A program made the position numbers and the translations under genes. From Vicingaceae bacterium (GTDB lineage Bacteria; Bacteroidota; Bacteroidia; Flavobacteriales_E; Vicingaceae): a DNA stretch of 64,000 nt. Positions 11,470-21,326 of this stretch are shown here, one piece after another (positions within the stretch are counted from its first letter, which is position 1; each line of letters opens with the position of its first letter). The notes beneath the pieces were generated by a model. It was given only the letters and a program-made list of their open reading frames with translations, had not been told where the DNA came from and ran no database searches. The stretch covers positions 2,928-66,927 of the forward strand of contig JAHYJH010000005.1 in NCBI GenBank assembly GCA_019429185.1. Direction: 5' to 3'.

Positions 11470-12431
11470 TCATCTAATTTACATGTTCGCTTACTATCGG
11501 ATTCGGTGGCAGTAGGGAACTTTTTCACCTTTGATTTCTTTTGTGTAAGCCATATCATAAACTAACTCCATGACTTTTATATGCTGTTCCAATGCCAATA
11601 CAAGCCCTATTGCTTTAATGCTTGAGCATGGCTTTTTTTTATGACGTTCGATACCTGATTGATGGTTTTTATAAACAAGGTAAGTTGATTAAGGAACAGG
11701 TCTTTGCGCTTATCGCCTTTTGTGTTGTTTATTTTGAAATAGGTTTTTTTTGCTTGCACCGTATAATCTCTGTAGCTGATTCCTTCAACTTCTTCTTTTA
11801 AGTGTCCAAGTAATCGATAGGCCTCTTTTATACAGTCCCAAAGCAATGCATTGTTGGTAGGGTGATGGATATTGGTCTCCACTACGGTACTGTCCTGTCT
11901 TATGCTTTGTAAATCTTCTATACCTGCTTCTATGGCAATCTTGTTCAATTCAACCATTAGCTTCTGTAAATTTTCTATGGTTATCTTCGAAATGTAGTTC
12001 TGGTACATTTGAAAACTATACGGACGAAGTTCATCTATCTTAACAAATAAAGCACATATTCTTGAATCTGTCTGATGATACTCTAATTTCCTGTAATCAA
12101 GACCCTTTAGTTCTTTGTATATTGCTGCACGCACTATTTGTTCAACACTGGGAGTGTCCTTCCTCCCAAATACACTTGGTTTTTGTCCACGAGTAATATC
12201 TTCTGACAAAAGTGCTATAAGATGAGGATGTAGTTCAAGTATAGTATCTATTAATCCTAACTCAGGATCCCTTGCCCAGTCGGGCTTTTCAAACTTTAAT
12301 CGTAGGTCGTTGAATAATTTCATAATGATTTTTTTTGTAAATCTATACCCCAAAGCTACAATAATTTTCTCTAAAAAAACAACATAAGTTACTAACAATC
12401 AGATGTTTATAAATTTATGGACAGACACTAA
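11470..12431 (-). mobile_element. Decayed IS element (one terminus retained, transposase 3' part missing)
   Basis: Terminal sequence tttatggacagacact (12414-12429) is shared with MITE termini at 33604-33620 and 31933-31948. The transposase ORF is interrupted and lacks the C-terminal catalytic half. Confidence 0.55.
11607..12323 (-). pseudogene. IS4/IS5-superfamily DDE transposase, N-terminal part only
   Basis: DSTVVETNIHHPTNNALLWD resembles the first catalytic-Asp block of IS4/IS5-type transposases. A stop falls at 11604-11606. A short out-of-frame continuation (LALEQHIKVMELVYDMAYTKEIKGEKVPY) ends by about 11490. Confidence 0.55.
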
Positions 12432-12516
12432 TTAGATTACATATTCAACAAAAATTCTTAAAATTATTTTATAGAATACTTTGTATTAGCTGAATTATTA
12501 TTTATCTATAAAACGG

Positions 12517-12945
12517 TTACTGCTTAAATCCAACAAGCAATACGGCACAACCAGAAGCAGCAACATTAGGATCAAGGTTGGCTTCAATAATGCAATCTAA
12601 TGTGTTTGTTATTTTAAAATCCCAATAAGGTGAATTACTATATTCTTTGTTTGTAAACAGCAGGTTTCTTTCTTTATCATAAACAGAGAAAATTAAATTT
12701 CCATCAGAAAAACCGCTGCATGCTGCAAAACGATAAGTACTACCTCCATATAAAACCATATTAAACTCAGCAATTTCATCGTCTAACAATAAGGCTCTAT
12801 AATCTTGTCCATCAGAAATGAAAGCACTAGTGATATTTTTTTCACATAACGTAGCACTAGAATCACATGGAGATTGTGCATAAATTCTATTAAAAGAGAT
12901 TAAACTTATCGCTATTACTACTATTTTAAAGCCTATTTTTTTCAT
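12517..12945 (-). CDS. Secreted hypothetical protein
   Basis: Clean ORF with signal peptide (IAISLISFNRIYAQ). No recognisable domain. Confidence 0.55.
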   Translation of the reverse strand: MKKIGFKIVVIAISLISFNRIYAQSPCDSSATLCEKNITSAFISDGQDYRALLLDDEIAEFNMVLYGGSTYRFAACSGFSDGNLIFSVYDKERNLLFTNKEYSNSPYWDFKITNTLDCIIEANLDPNVAASGCAVLLVGFKQ

Positions 12946-12990
12946 TTGTGTGTGTGTTTTGTGTTTAATTTCAAATTATGAATATATCTG

Positions 12991-13899
12991 TTAATTGATT
13001 GCTTCAGCTCTTATTTTTGCTATTTTCTCTGTAATTTGACCTAATAATTCATTAGATATTACAACAGTTGTAGTGCTGTTTATCGTTGTTGTTTTCTTAG
13101 CTACATCAACCGTTGGTTTAATATAAGTATAAGTTACTTCTACTTTTTCAAACAACTCATTTAACTCCATTAAGTTATCAACTAAAGTAGAAAATTCGGG
13201 TTTATTATAATAAGGAGTTAGTAGTTGAACAAGGTTATAAACCGTGTTCTTCTGTTCTCCTACTCTATTAATAATTTCTTTATTTGATGTTAGCTTAGCA
13301 CTATTGGTTGTAAAATATAAACTTTCAATCCAACCTCCTGCTAAAATTAAAGCACTTATGTCATTTTGATCGTTACTTTTTAAATACCTATCGCTTGATT
13401 TGTATGCTTCTGATACTAATGACAAAATAGAATCTTGATTACCTATGTTTTTTTCAAAACGCTCAACCAATTCCATATCAAAAGCATTACTCACGCCTAA
13501 ATCATCTCCCAATGTTTTTACTGCAGTTAAAAAAGAAATAGCATCTTGTGTTTGATCGTATAACGTAACGTACCCTAAGTCAGCTCCATAAATTCCTAAA
13601 TTGACAGCTTTCTTAAAATTTGTTGAATAACTCGTAACCTTCGATGGGACATTTAAAACATCTTTATTGTAAGTCATTCCTGAGTTTTTAATTAAAAAAG
13701 CAGTTTGTATTGGTGATGGAATGCTAAAGACCTTACCGTCTAACTCAAGTAATTGATTTTTATTAGGATTTTTTTGTTCTACCACAATGTTATCTGATTT
13801 ATCATTTTCTGTTGCATCATCTCCGCAACTGATAGCTACCAATGCCATAAATGAAAAAAGTAATGCTTGATTTTTTAGATTAAAATAAGTTGTTGTCAT
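12991..13899 (-). CDS. Hypothetical lipoprotein
   Basis: Signal peptide with lipobox-like VAISCGDD. No recognisable domain. Confidence 0.55.
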   Translation of the reverse strand: MTTTYFNLKNQALLFSFMALVAISCGDDATENDKSDNIVVEQKNPNKNQLLELDGKVFSIPSPIQTAFLIKNSGMTYNKDVLNVPSKVTSYSTNFKKAVNLGIYGADLGYVTLYDQTQDAISFLTAVKTLGDDLGVSNAFDMELVERFEKNIGNQDSILSLVSEAYKSSDRYLKSNDQNDISALILAGGWIESLYFTTNSAKLTSNKEIINRVGEQKNTVYNLVQLLTPYYNKPEFSTLVDNLMELNELFEKVEVTYTYIKPTVDVAKKTTTINSTTTVVISNELLGQITEKIAKIRAEAIN

Positions 13900-13995
13900 T
13901 TTATAAGTTTTATATTTTTTTTCTTTAGATGCAAAGAAACAAAAAATCTTTTACAGTAAAAAATAAATATTTCGATATATGAATAAAAAATACAG

Positions 13996-15792
13996 TTAAT
14001 TTTTAAAAATCTTACTACGAAGCATAAAATACCTTAACACAAAAACACTTATTAAGGCAATAATAAGGTTAATTATTGCTTCATTATATTCCTGAAAAAT
14101 AAGTTTTCCAATAAAAAAAAGTGTTGAATAGGTTAATGAAACAGCACTTATCCAGCAAATTAATAATGTTGGTATTTGCGACTTTAATTTTGGTAATCTC
14201 AATTTTTCTCTAATAGAATTCCAAGCTCCTTGTGGTTCAACTTGTGTGTAAAACTTTTTTAATGTTTCTTCTTTTTCTGGTGGAGTAAAAATAGTTACTG
14301 TTATCCAACTTATAGTTGTGAAAAATGCAGTAAATAATAAAATTCCTTCATTATCTATAAATGGGTTTTCTGCATCATCAGGTCTTTCAAAAAAAGGAAC
14401 TAAAGCAAATTTACTGATACAATAACCAATTATTGGAGCTATTGTGGCACTAATTTCACTCCAAATGTTAATTCTGCTCCAATACCACCTTAAAATTAAA
14501 ACAGCTCCCAATCCTGCCGATGAAGCTATTAAAAACCGAGCTGCTCCATCAATGGTTTCAATAAAAGTTGTAATTACGAGTGCTATCAACATAATAATTA
14601 CGGTAAAAATTCTTCCTGCTTTCACCATTTTTAGTTGATTAATTTCTTGGTTCTTTTTTTCTAATTGTCTTTTATATAAATCATTGGTTAAATAACTTGC
14701 TCCCCAATTGAGTTGGGTAGAAATGGTACTCATATAAGCTCCTAAGAAAGCAGTAAAAATTAATCCTCTTAATCCTGTGGGCATAAAATCGCGCATAGCC
14801 ATCACAAAGCCTTCTCCTGCGTTTGCTTGCGTTAATTCTGGATAAACTACTAAGGCACAAAGCCCTACAATTATCCATGGCCAAGGTCGAAGTGCATAAT
14901 GTGCTACTTGAAAAAATAGTGTTGCTAATACTGCATTTTTTTCGTCTTTTGCACTCATCATGCGTTGTGAAATATATCCCCCTCCTCCTGGCTCGTTCCC
15001 TGGATACCAACTTGCCCACCATTGTACAGCAACAAACGAAAAAAATGCTCCTATGGTTAATCCAAAAGTTCCTACGGTGCTTGTGTTATTGTTTCCTATT
15101 GTTGGAAAAAAATCGAAACGCCAAGCAGGTAATTTTTCTTTTAAGCCTTCTACACCTCCAACTTGTTCGGAATTTAACATTATTATTGCTAAAATAATAC
15201 AACCTCCCATTGCTAACACAAACTGAACAGCATCGGTAATAGCAACGCCTAACAACCCTGATAGTGAAGAATAGATAGCAACCAACACCAATAAAAAAGC
15301 AATGACAATAAATGCCGTTTGGTAATCAATATTCAAAAAAAGCATTAAAATTTTAAGCATTGCTGCATTTACCCATCCTATAATGATGCAATTAAAAAAA
15401 ACACCTAAATAAATGGATTTGAAGTTTCTAAAAAAATGTGCTGCTTTGCCGGAATAACGTAATTCAATAAACTCTAATTCGGTAAGTACATTTGCTTTTC
15501 GCCACATCTTGGCAAAGAAAAAAGTGGTAAGCATCCCTCCTATTAGCATATTCCACCACAACCAATTGCCAGAAATACCATTTTTTTTGATTACTTCGGC
15601 AACCCAAAGTGGTGTATCGGCTGCAAAAGTGGTTGCAACCATCGAAATTCCTGCAATGTACCAAGGCAAATTTCTTCCTGCTAAAAAAAAATCGACCAAC
15701 GAACCGCTCGATTTATTTTTAAATTTTAAGCCTATATACAGACTAATTCCTAAAAAGACAATTACTATTATCCAATCTATAGGTGCTAACAT
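13996..15792 (-). CDS. Sodium:solute symporter family (SSF) transporter
   Basis: 598 aa with about 13-14 TM segments and an SSF-like N-terminal region (FFLAGRNLPWYIAGISMVATTFAADTP). Confidence 0.85.
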   Translation of the reverse strand: MLAPIDWIIVIVFLGISLYIGLKFKNKSSGSLVDFFLAGRNLPWYIAGISMVATTFAADTPLWVAEVIKKNGISGNWLWWNMLIGGMLTTFFFAKMWRKANVLTELEFIELRYSGKAAHFFRNFKSIYLGVFFNCIIIGWVNAAMLKILMLFLNIDYQTAFIVIAFLLVLVAIYSSLSGLLGVAITDAVQFVLAMGGCIILAIIMLNSEQVGGVEGLKEKLPAWRFDFFPTIGNNNTSTVGTFGLTIGAFFSFVAVQWWASWYPGNEPGGGGYISQRMMSAKDEKNAVLATLFFQVAHYALRPWPWIIVGLCALVVYPELTQANAGEGFVMAMRDFMPTGLRGLIFTAFLGAYMSTISTQLNWGASYLTNDLYKRQLEKKNQEINQLKMVKAGRIFTVIIMLIALVITTFIETIDGAARFLIASSAGLGAVLILRWYWSRINIWSEISATIAPIIGYCISKFALVPFFERPDDAENPFIDNEGILLFTAFFTTISWITVTIFTPPEKEETLKKFYTQVEPQGAWNSIREKLRLPKLKSQIPTLLICWISAVSLTYSTLFFIGKLIFQEYNEAIINLIIALISVFVLRYFMLRSKIFKN

Positions 15793-15874
15793 TGGAGTTT
15801 AAATTTTTAGTAAAAAAAGGATTATTTTACTAAAAATTATACAACATATTAGTTTTGTTATGAACAATTCTATT

Positions 15875-16984
15875 TTAAAAAAAACGCGCTTGAGATTTTC
15901 TGGTACCAAATGGATTAGGAGAAACATACCTAATACTGATTTCATAACCACCCTGCCCATTAGAGGAAGTTGATAATCCCGAAAGGTTAAAATCATAACT
16001 TACACCAACAGCAAATGAACCCATTTCGAGTAATAAGGATGGAATAAACGCATCACCAAAACGATAATGTACTCCAAAACTCATAGCTGCTCCATTAGAA
16101 AATTGAGAATATTTTGATTTTTCTTTTAAATTATACCTAAAATAAGAACCCAACACCACATCCATCGCTTTTTGCTGATACGCAATAAATCCTGAGGGTT
16201 GTACTGCCATATTTGTTCCCCCAACCCCAAACGAAGTGTTGGTATGTAACACATATCTAAAATCTAAGTTATCTTTATTTTCATTTAAAAACGAAAAATT
16301 AGGACTGGCAACGTGATGAATAGCAGCACCCACATTTACTTTTTTGCCTCCAAACCCTCCGTTATTAATAACCTGATTGGTAGTGTTATCTCCATACGTA
16401 TAAGAAACACCCACTGCAAAATCGGGTTCAAAAAAAGAAGTGTTGTTAAAATTTTCGCCCGAAGCAAAGTTATCATTATGCCCCGAACCATCAAATTGGT
16501 TATCGGAACGAATTTTATCTATGGACAAACTGCTTTGTAAAAAACCAGCTTGCACTCCTGCTGATAAATAGCTCGATTGATCTAATTTAATATGATAAGC
16601 AACTGTTAAATTAACTACTGTTGTTCCTAAACTAAGGTTACCTGCTTTATCGGAATATGCCGTAATTCCCCCACCAAAAAAATTATCCTTTTTAGCATTT
16701 TTATTAAAGTGCATATCAAACGATGCTCCATACGTTCTAAAAGGATTAGAAGTAACGCTGCTCCATTGGTCTCGGTAGTTAATGATGGCTCTCGAATCAC
16801 CGCCAAATTTTCCCGCTTGCGATGGGTCTAACTGTAAAGGAACCATAGTAAATTGTGAAAAGTGCATGTCTTGGGCAGAAGCCCACCCCGACCCTCCCGA
16901 AGGGAGGGAGAGCCAACACACAAGGCTGATGCAGAGTATTCTGATTAGATTTTTCATAGAAATTGATTTTTTAAATAAGTTCAT
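15875..16984 (-). CDS. PorP/SprF-family type IX secretion system membrane protein
   Basis: AQDMHFSQF...PLQLDPSQAG N-terminal signature and beta-barrel-like composition. It lies directly downstream of a type B cargo gene. Likely true start is the Met at 16957 (MKNLIRIL). Confidence 0.85.
   Translation of the reverse strand: MNLFKKSISMKNLIRILCISLVCWLSLPSGGSGWASAQDMHFSQFTMVPLQLDPSQAGKFGGDSRAIINYRDQWSSVTSNPFRTYGASFDMHFNKNAKKDNFFGGGITAYSDKAGNLSLGTTVVNLTVAYHIKLDQSSYLSAGVQAGFLQSSLSIDKIRSDNQFDGSGHNDNFASGENFNNTSFFEPDFAVGVSYTYGDNTTNQVINNGGFGGKKVNVGAAIHHVASPNFSFLNENKDNLDFRYVLHTNTSFGVGGTNMAVQPSGFIAYQQKAMDVVLGSYFRYNLKEKSKYSQFSNGAAMSFGVHYRFGDAFIPSLLLEMGSFAVGVSYDFNLSGLSTSSNGQGGYEISIRYVSPNPFGTRKSQARFF
16881..16930 (-). 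repeat. GC-rich hairpin repeat, copy inside the PorP/SprF signal-peptide coding region
   Basis: gcccaccccgaccctcccgaagggagggagagccaacacacaaggctgat. Stem ccctccc/gggaggg at 16892-16908. Confidence 0.85.
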
Positions 16985-17156
16985 AATTTATTGTTTTTAA
17001 TTATTTATATTAAAAATGGATACGTTGTTTTTATACTATCGTTTTTGCCATCACTACCTCTAACGCTACCCCTGTAAAAAATCCCAAATCTGCCTCGCAG
17101 ATTTTCCTCTTAATCTCAAACCCCTAAAGGGGAGAGCCTTCTCTGTCATCGCTGCC

Positions 17157-17279
17157 CATCGCTACCCCCGACCCCTAAAGGGGCGTGCCTACACTACTGC
17201 TTGCGTAGGATCCCTTTAGGGAGTAAGGGTGTGCGAGGGCTTTTAAGTTTTATTTATTTTTCATTCAGCACGTCATTGG
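17157..17279 (+). repeat. R-repeat copy 1 (structured intergenic repeat with CCCCTAAAGGGG / TCCCTTTAGGGA arms)
   Basis: Aligns by eye with 22500-22680 and 23542-23692. Shared core: ccctttaggga..aagggtgtgcgagggctttt.ag.tttat. Confidence 0.75.
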
Positions 17280-17309
17280 ATTTTATACACCTTCGCTCCT
17301 CTACGTAAG

Positions 17310-17336
17310 CCCTCCCTTCGGGAGGGTTGGGTGGGC
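17310..17336 (+). repeat. GC-rich hairpin repeat, inverted copy abutting the stop codon of the type B cargo gene
   Basis: ccctcccttcgggagggttgggtgggc is the reverse complement of 16881-16908, apart from one indel and one mismatch. Confidence 0.85.
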
Positions 17337-17338
17337 TT

Positions 17339-19816
17339 CTACCTTATCAAACTCACATCGCCACTTTCAGTAACTGTTTTTCCGTTTAAAAAAGTAGCTT
17401 CCAACACATACACAAAAACGGCTGTATTTTGATTTGCTCCTTTGTATGTTCCATCCCAGCCTTGATTTACATCATTTATTTCAAATACTTTGTTGCCCCA
17501 ACGGTTATAAATTTTTACCGATAAGGTTGCTATGCCTTTGCCTCGCACAAAAAACACATCATTTTCTCCGTCTCCATTGGGTGAAAACATATTGGGGGTG
17601 TAAACAAAGAAATCGCAAGCTATGTTTGTTTCGTTTATTATGGCTTCTCCGGTAGTTGTACACCCTGCATTATCCTGAACAATCAACGTATATGTTCCTG
17701 CTGCTAAATTGTTTATTATCGAATCGCTTGAACCATTGCTCCAGTTATACACAATAGGTGTATTTAATGTAGTTACCTCTGCTTCAATACTTCCGTTATT
17801 TTCTCCGCAATTATCATCGGCTTTTATTAATGTTAGTTGTGGTGCAGGATTAATGGTTAAATCAGTTATAATCGTATCGCAGTTATTGATAATATCGGTA
17901 AATACTCCTGTGGTGGTGTAAGTATTTGTTCCTACTGTTACACTAAATCCATCACATTCCACTATAACAGTAGTGGTTTTATTGGGTATAGTCAGGGTTA
18001 AATTAAGTGTGATTATACTGTCGCAACCATTTGCTGCTCCTCCAATAAAGGTAACTGTTGGTGTATTTGTATTTGCTGAATAGTTAATGCCGTCTATCCA
18101 AGTAAAGGAATTACCACAAATGGTTTGAATATCTGTAAATGTAGCTGCTGAATTGATAGTTAAATTTAAGGTAACTATACTATCACAACCTTGAACACTT
18201 CCGCCTACTATTGTAAATGTAGGTGTTGTTGTACTTGTGGAGTAAGTTATTCCGTCTATCCAAGTGATAGATGTACATGAAGTAATTACATCTGTGCCTG
18301 TGGTTGCTGAATTGATAGTTAAATTTAAGGTAACTATACTATCACAACCTTGAACACTTCCGCCTACTATAGTAAATGTTGGAGTTGTTGTACTTGTGGA
18401 GTAAGTTATTCCGTCTATCCAAGTGATAGGTGTACATGAAGTAATTACATCTGTGCCTGTGGTTGCTGAATTGATAGTTAAATTTAAGGTAACTATACTA
18501 TCACAACCTTGAACACTTCCGCCTACTATTGTAAATGTTGGAGTTGTTGTACTTGTGGAGTAAGTTATTCCGTCTATCCAAGTAAAAGTATTACAGGCAG
18601 TTTGTATATCTGTACTCGTAGCTGTTGGGTTTATGGTTAGATTTAAAGTTACTATGCTATCACAACCTGATACTGATCCACCAACAAAAGTAAAGGTTGG
18701 AGTGTTAGTACTTGTAGTGTAAACAATATTATCTAGCCAAGTAAAAGTATTACAGGCAGTTTGTATGTCTGTACCTGAAGCAAAAGGATTAATGGTTAAA
18801 TTGAGTGTTACTATACTATCGCAGCCGTTGGCTGCTCCTCCTGTTAAAGTAAAAGTGGGGGTAGTAGTACTGGCTGAATAGGTTATTCCATCTATCCATG
18901 TTAAACTATCGCAAGCGGTTTGAACATCTGTGCTTGTGGCTGTTGGGTTGACAGTTAAATTGGTGGTTATAATGCTATCGCAGCCCAATATATTGGTTAG
19001 CGTATCTATAAATGTTCCTGTTGTGGTATAGGTGTTTGTTCCTACTGTAATGCTTGATCCCTGACAAATAACAGGATTTTGGGTTAAGGTATCTGTGGTG
19101 CAGGTGGTAATTAATACCCAAGGTGAAAAGGTATTTTGTCCGTTAAATACACCTGCTGTACCTATTCCTATGGTAACTCCTGCCGTACCAGGTCCAACCG
19201 GAGTATCCCAAGTAGTACCGTTCCAATGTTGTGCTTGTACTAAATTAGTTGGATTAGTTGTTGTGTTTTCTATTCCTCTATATGAAAATGTTAAATCGGC
19301 TGTAGCACCTGGTGCTTGTATGTCCCAAAAACGGTCTATGGCATAAACCACAGAATCTGTTATTCCAGCCATATTGGTAACTGGACCTACATTCGTGGCT
19401 GCCGGTTTAGGAAAGTTTTGTGGATTGGTAAACCAAGTGGAGATACTTACATTATTATTTCCTGCTGTTTTATTAAAGGTAAACGGAATGTAATCGGTTG
19501 CATTTCCTCCTACGCCAAAAGGAAACAAATAACTTCCTGTTGATGCTGCTGTAAGCCAAGTTATAAAATTATATTGATTTTCGGAGTGGATATGTCCTCC
19601 GGCAGGTAAACGAACAATACCTAATGGATTGGGTTGATCTACAACTATGTGTATGCTGTTGGCTGCGGTGCCTCCGTCTAATACTATATAGGCTCCATCT
19701 AATACTAAAGAGTTGTTTTGACAGCCCCCCTCAATCCCCCCGAAGGGGGGAAACAAACCACACGCAAGGCTAAGAAAAAATATTTTAGTTAGGGTTATTG
19801 ATGTTGTAGCTTTCAT
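17339..19816 (-). CDS. T9SS type B (CHU_C) cargo protein with tandem 53-aa repeats
   Basis: C-terminus FSPNGDGENDVFFVRG...IYNRWGNKVFE...WDGTY. Six core 53-aa repeats (TD.QTAC..FTWIDGITYS.STTTPTFT..GG...GCDSIVTLNLTIN). Confidence 0.85.
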   Translation of the reverse strand: MKATTSITLTKIFFLSLACGLFPPFGGIEGGCQNNSLVLDGAYIVLDGGTAANSIHIVVDQPNPLGIVRLPAGGHIHSENQYNFITWLTAASTGSYLFPFGVGGNATDYIPFTFNKTAGNNNVSISTWFTNPQNFPKPAATNVGPVTNMAGITDSVVYAIDRFWDIQAPGATADLTFSYRGIENTTTNPTNLVQAQHWNGTTWDTPVGPGTAGVTIGIGTAGVFNGQNTFSPWVLITTCTTDTLTQNPVICQGSSITVGTNTYTTTGTFIDTLTNILGCDSIITTNLTVNPTATSTDVQTACDSLTWIDGITYSASTTTPTFTLTGGAANGCDSIVTLNLTINPFASGTDIQTACNTFTWLDNIVYTTSTNTPTFTFVGGSVSGCDSIVTLNLTINPTATSTDIQTACNTFTWIDGITYSTSTTTPTFTIVGGSVQGCDSIVTLNLTINSATTGTDVITSCTPITWIDGITYSTSTTTPTFTIVGGSVQGCDSIVTLNLTINSATTGTDVITSCTSITWIDGITYSTSTTTPTFTIVGGSVQGCDSIVTLNLTINSAATFTDIQTICGNSFTWIDGINYSANTNTPTVTFIGGAANGCDSIITLNLTLTIPNKTTTVIVECDGFSVTVGTNTYTTTGVFTDIINNCDTIITDLTINPAPQLTLIKADDNCGENNGSIEAEVTTLNTPIVYNWSNGSSDSIINNLAAGTYTLIVQDNAGCTTTGEAIINETNIACDFFVYTPNMFSPNGDGENDVFFVRGKGIATLSVKIYNRWGNKVFEINDVNQGWDGTYKGANQNTAVFVYVLEATFLNGKTVTESGDVSLIR
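17990..18950 (-). repeat. 159-bp tandem coding repeat array (6 core units, three of them near-identical)
   Basis: aattgatagt recurs at 18151, 18310 and 18469, an exact 159-bp period. The protein repeat period is 53 aa. Confidence 0.85.
19724..19773 (-). repeat. GC-rich hairpin repeat, copy inside the signal-peptide coding region
   Basis: gcccccctcaatccccccgaaggggggaaacaaaccacacgcaaggctaag. Stem cccccc/gggggg at 19735-19750. Confidence 0.85.
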
Positions 19817-19822
19817 AATTTC

Positions 19823-21220
19823 TTAATTTAATGTTTTTAAATTATAATTTACCCATGTTTCTATATGTTCTATAGAGCTAGGACGCAATACTATTTTTCG
19901 ATTAGTGTCTAATAAAAATAAGCTAGGTGTAGCAAATACATGATAATCTTTAGCTGCTTTAGTTTCCCATTTTTTAAAATCACAAGTAGCTATAAATAGA
20001 AAATCTTTTATAAACAATTCATAGTTACCTTTGTCTGTATCTAAAGCGATAAAAACAACTTCTAAACCGTAATCTTTCCATTTGGGGTAATAATTGATAA
20101 TTTTTGGTATTTCTTCGGCACATTGTGGACACCAACTTGACCCAAATACAAGTAATGTGTATTCACTTTTTAGTTCACTTAGTTTAGTTACCTTATTATT
20201 GAGTAGAGGCTTGTTTATATGTAAATCAATATCGGGAGCTGTATTTCCTATTTTCATGGCTCGATAAATTTCTAATTGGTTCGTGATGTTATCATTTAAT
20301 TTACAACTGCTTTGTGTAAGTAATTTTAATGCTAAATATTCAGATGCTTTAAAAACACTTCGTTTTTCCAATAAATTAAATAAAAAATCAGCTACATCGT
20401 TCAATAAAACTTCATTTTTTTCAAGGTTTTTGATTAAATAGTCAGTGGAAGTATTCATTTGCAAGTACATACTATCCATAGTCATGCCGCTGTTTTCTAA
20501 CAACCAATAATGACTTTCTATTAAGTCATCCATAATTCCACTGTGATAAAGTCTATTATCATTAAAATTGATAGTACGAAAATCGGCTATGTGTTGAGGA
20601 ATACGCTCTGTATATCGTTGGGCAGATAAAGGTATGTCATCTAACAGTTTTCGTTTTGGTAAAAAATAAGATACATAAGTATGTGTATCCATTTTAACTA
20701 AAAAGTCATTATCTTGTTTTTCTATGCGATTTATTTCATTTTTGATAAGCGTATAAATTTCTTTTTGTTGTTTTAGTGGTAATATCTCTTCATATTGTGG
20801 TAGCAAATATTTCCAACCTGCTAAAGCTTTCTCTCGTTGGTTGTGTTCGATAGCGTATTGATTAAAAAGTACATTTTCATTACTTTTTTCAAATTTTATG
20901 CTGTTAGGTTCTTTCAGGTAATTTCCATGAATAATTATATTGGGTTCGTTAAGTAAAACAAAAAGCTGGCTTTTGTCTGTCGTTTCTAAATACCCCATTC
21001 CCTTATAATTAGTATCATAAATTAATTTAAAAAATCCTTTTTCATCGACACTTGTTTTTGCCAACGCTATGGACTTAAAACCATTGTATCCAATTAACTT
21101 AATTTCTTGGTTTATGTGATACATTAAATTACCTGACAGATGTTGAGAAAATCCAATAAAAAAATTCCCTACAATTAAATAGTAAATTAATAATATTGAT
21201 TTTAGATTAACTCTTTTCAT
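19823..21220 (-). CDS. TlpA-like thiol:disulfide oxidoreductase (thioredoxin fold) with N-terminal extension
   Basis: FGSSWCPQCAEEIP CxxC motif in the C-terminal domain. N-terminal signal/anchor sequence. Confidence 0.8.
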   Translation of the reverse strand: MKRVNLKSILLIYYLIVGNFFIGFSQHLSGNLMYHINQEIKLIGYNGFKSIALAKTSVDEKGFFKLIYDTNYKGMGYLETTDKSQLFVLLNEPNIIIHGNYLKEPNSIKFEKSNENVLFNQYAIEHNQREKALAGWKYLLPQYEEILPLKQQKEIYTLIKNEINRIEKQDNDFLVKMDTHTYVSYFLPKRKLLDDIPLSAQRYTERIPQHIADFRTINFNDNRLYHSGIMDDLIESHYWLLENSGMTMDSMYLQMNTSTDYLIKNLEKNEVLLNDVADFLFNLLEKRSVFKASEYLALKLLTQSSCKLNDNITNQLEIYRAMKIGNTAPDIDLHINKPLLNNKVTKLSELKSEYTLLVFGSSWCPQCAEEIPKIINYYPKWKDYGLEVVFIALDTDKGNYELFIKDFLFIATCDFKKWETKAAKDYHVFATPSLFLLDTNRKIVLRPSSIEHIETWVNYNLKTLN

Positions 21221-21259
21221 TGGTTTCAGTCTGTTATTTGCTAATTCATACTTAGTTTC

Positions 21260-21299
21260 AAAAAAAAATCCGACCGCTTCGCGGTATTTAAAAAAAAAT
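21260..21299. terminator. Rho-independent terminator with A/T runs on both sides
   Basis: aaaaaaaaatccg-accgc-ttc-gcggt-atttaaaaaaaaa. It lies directly downstream of the FISUMP-type gene. Confidence 0.6.
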
Positions 21300-21326
21300 A
21301 AATCAAATTGTCAAATTGTCAAATAA

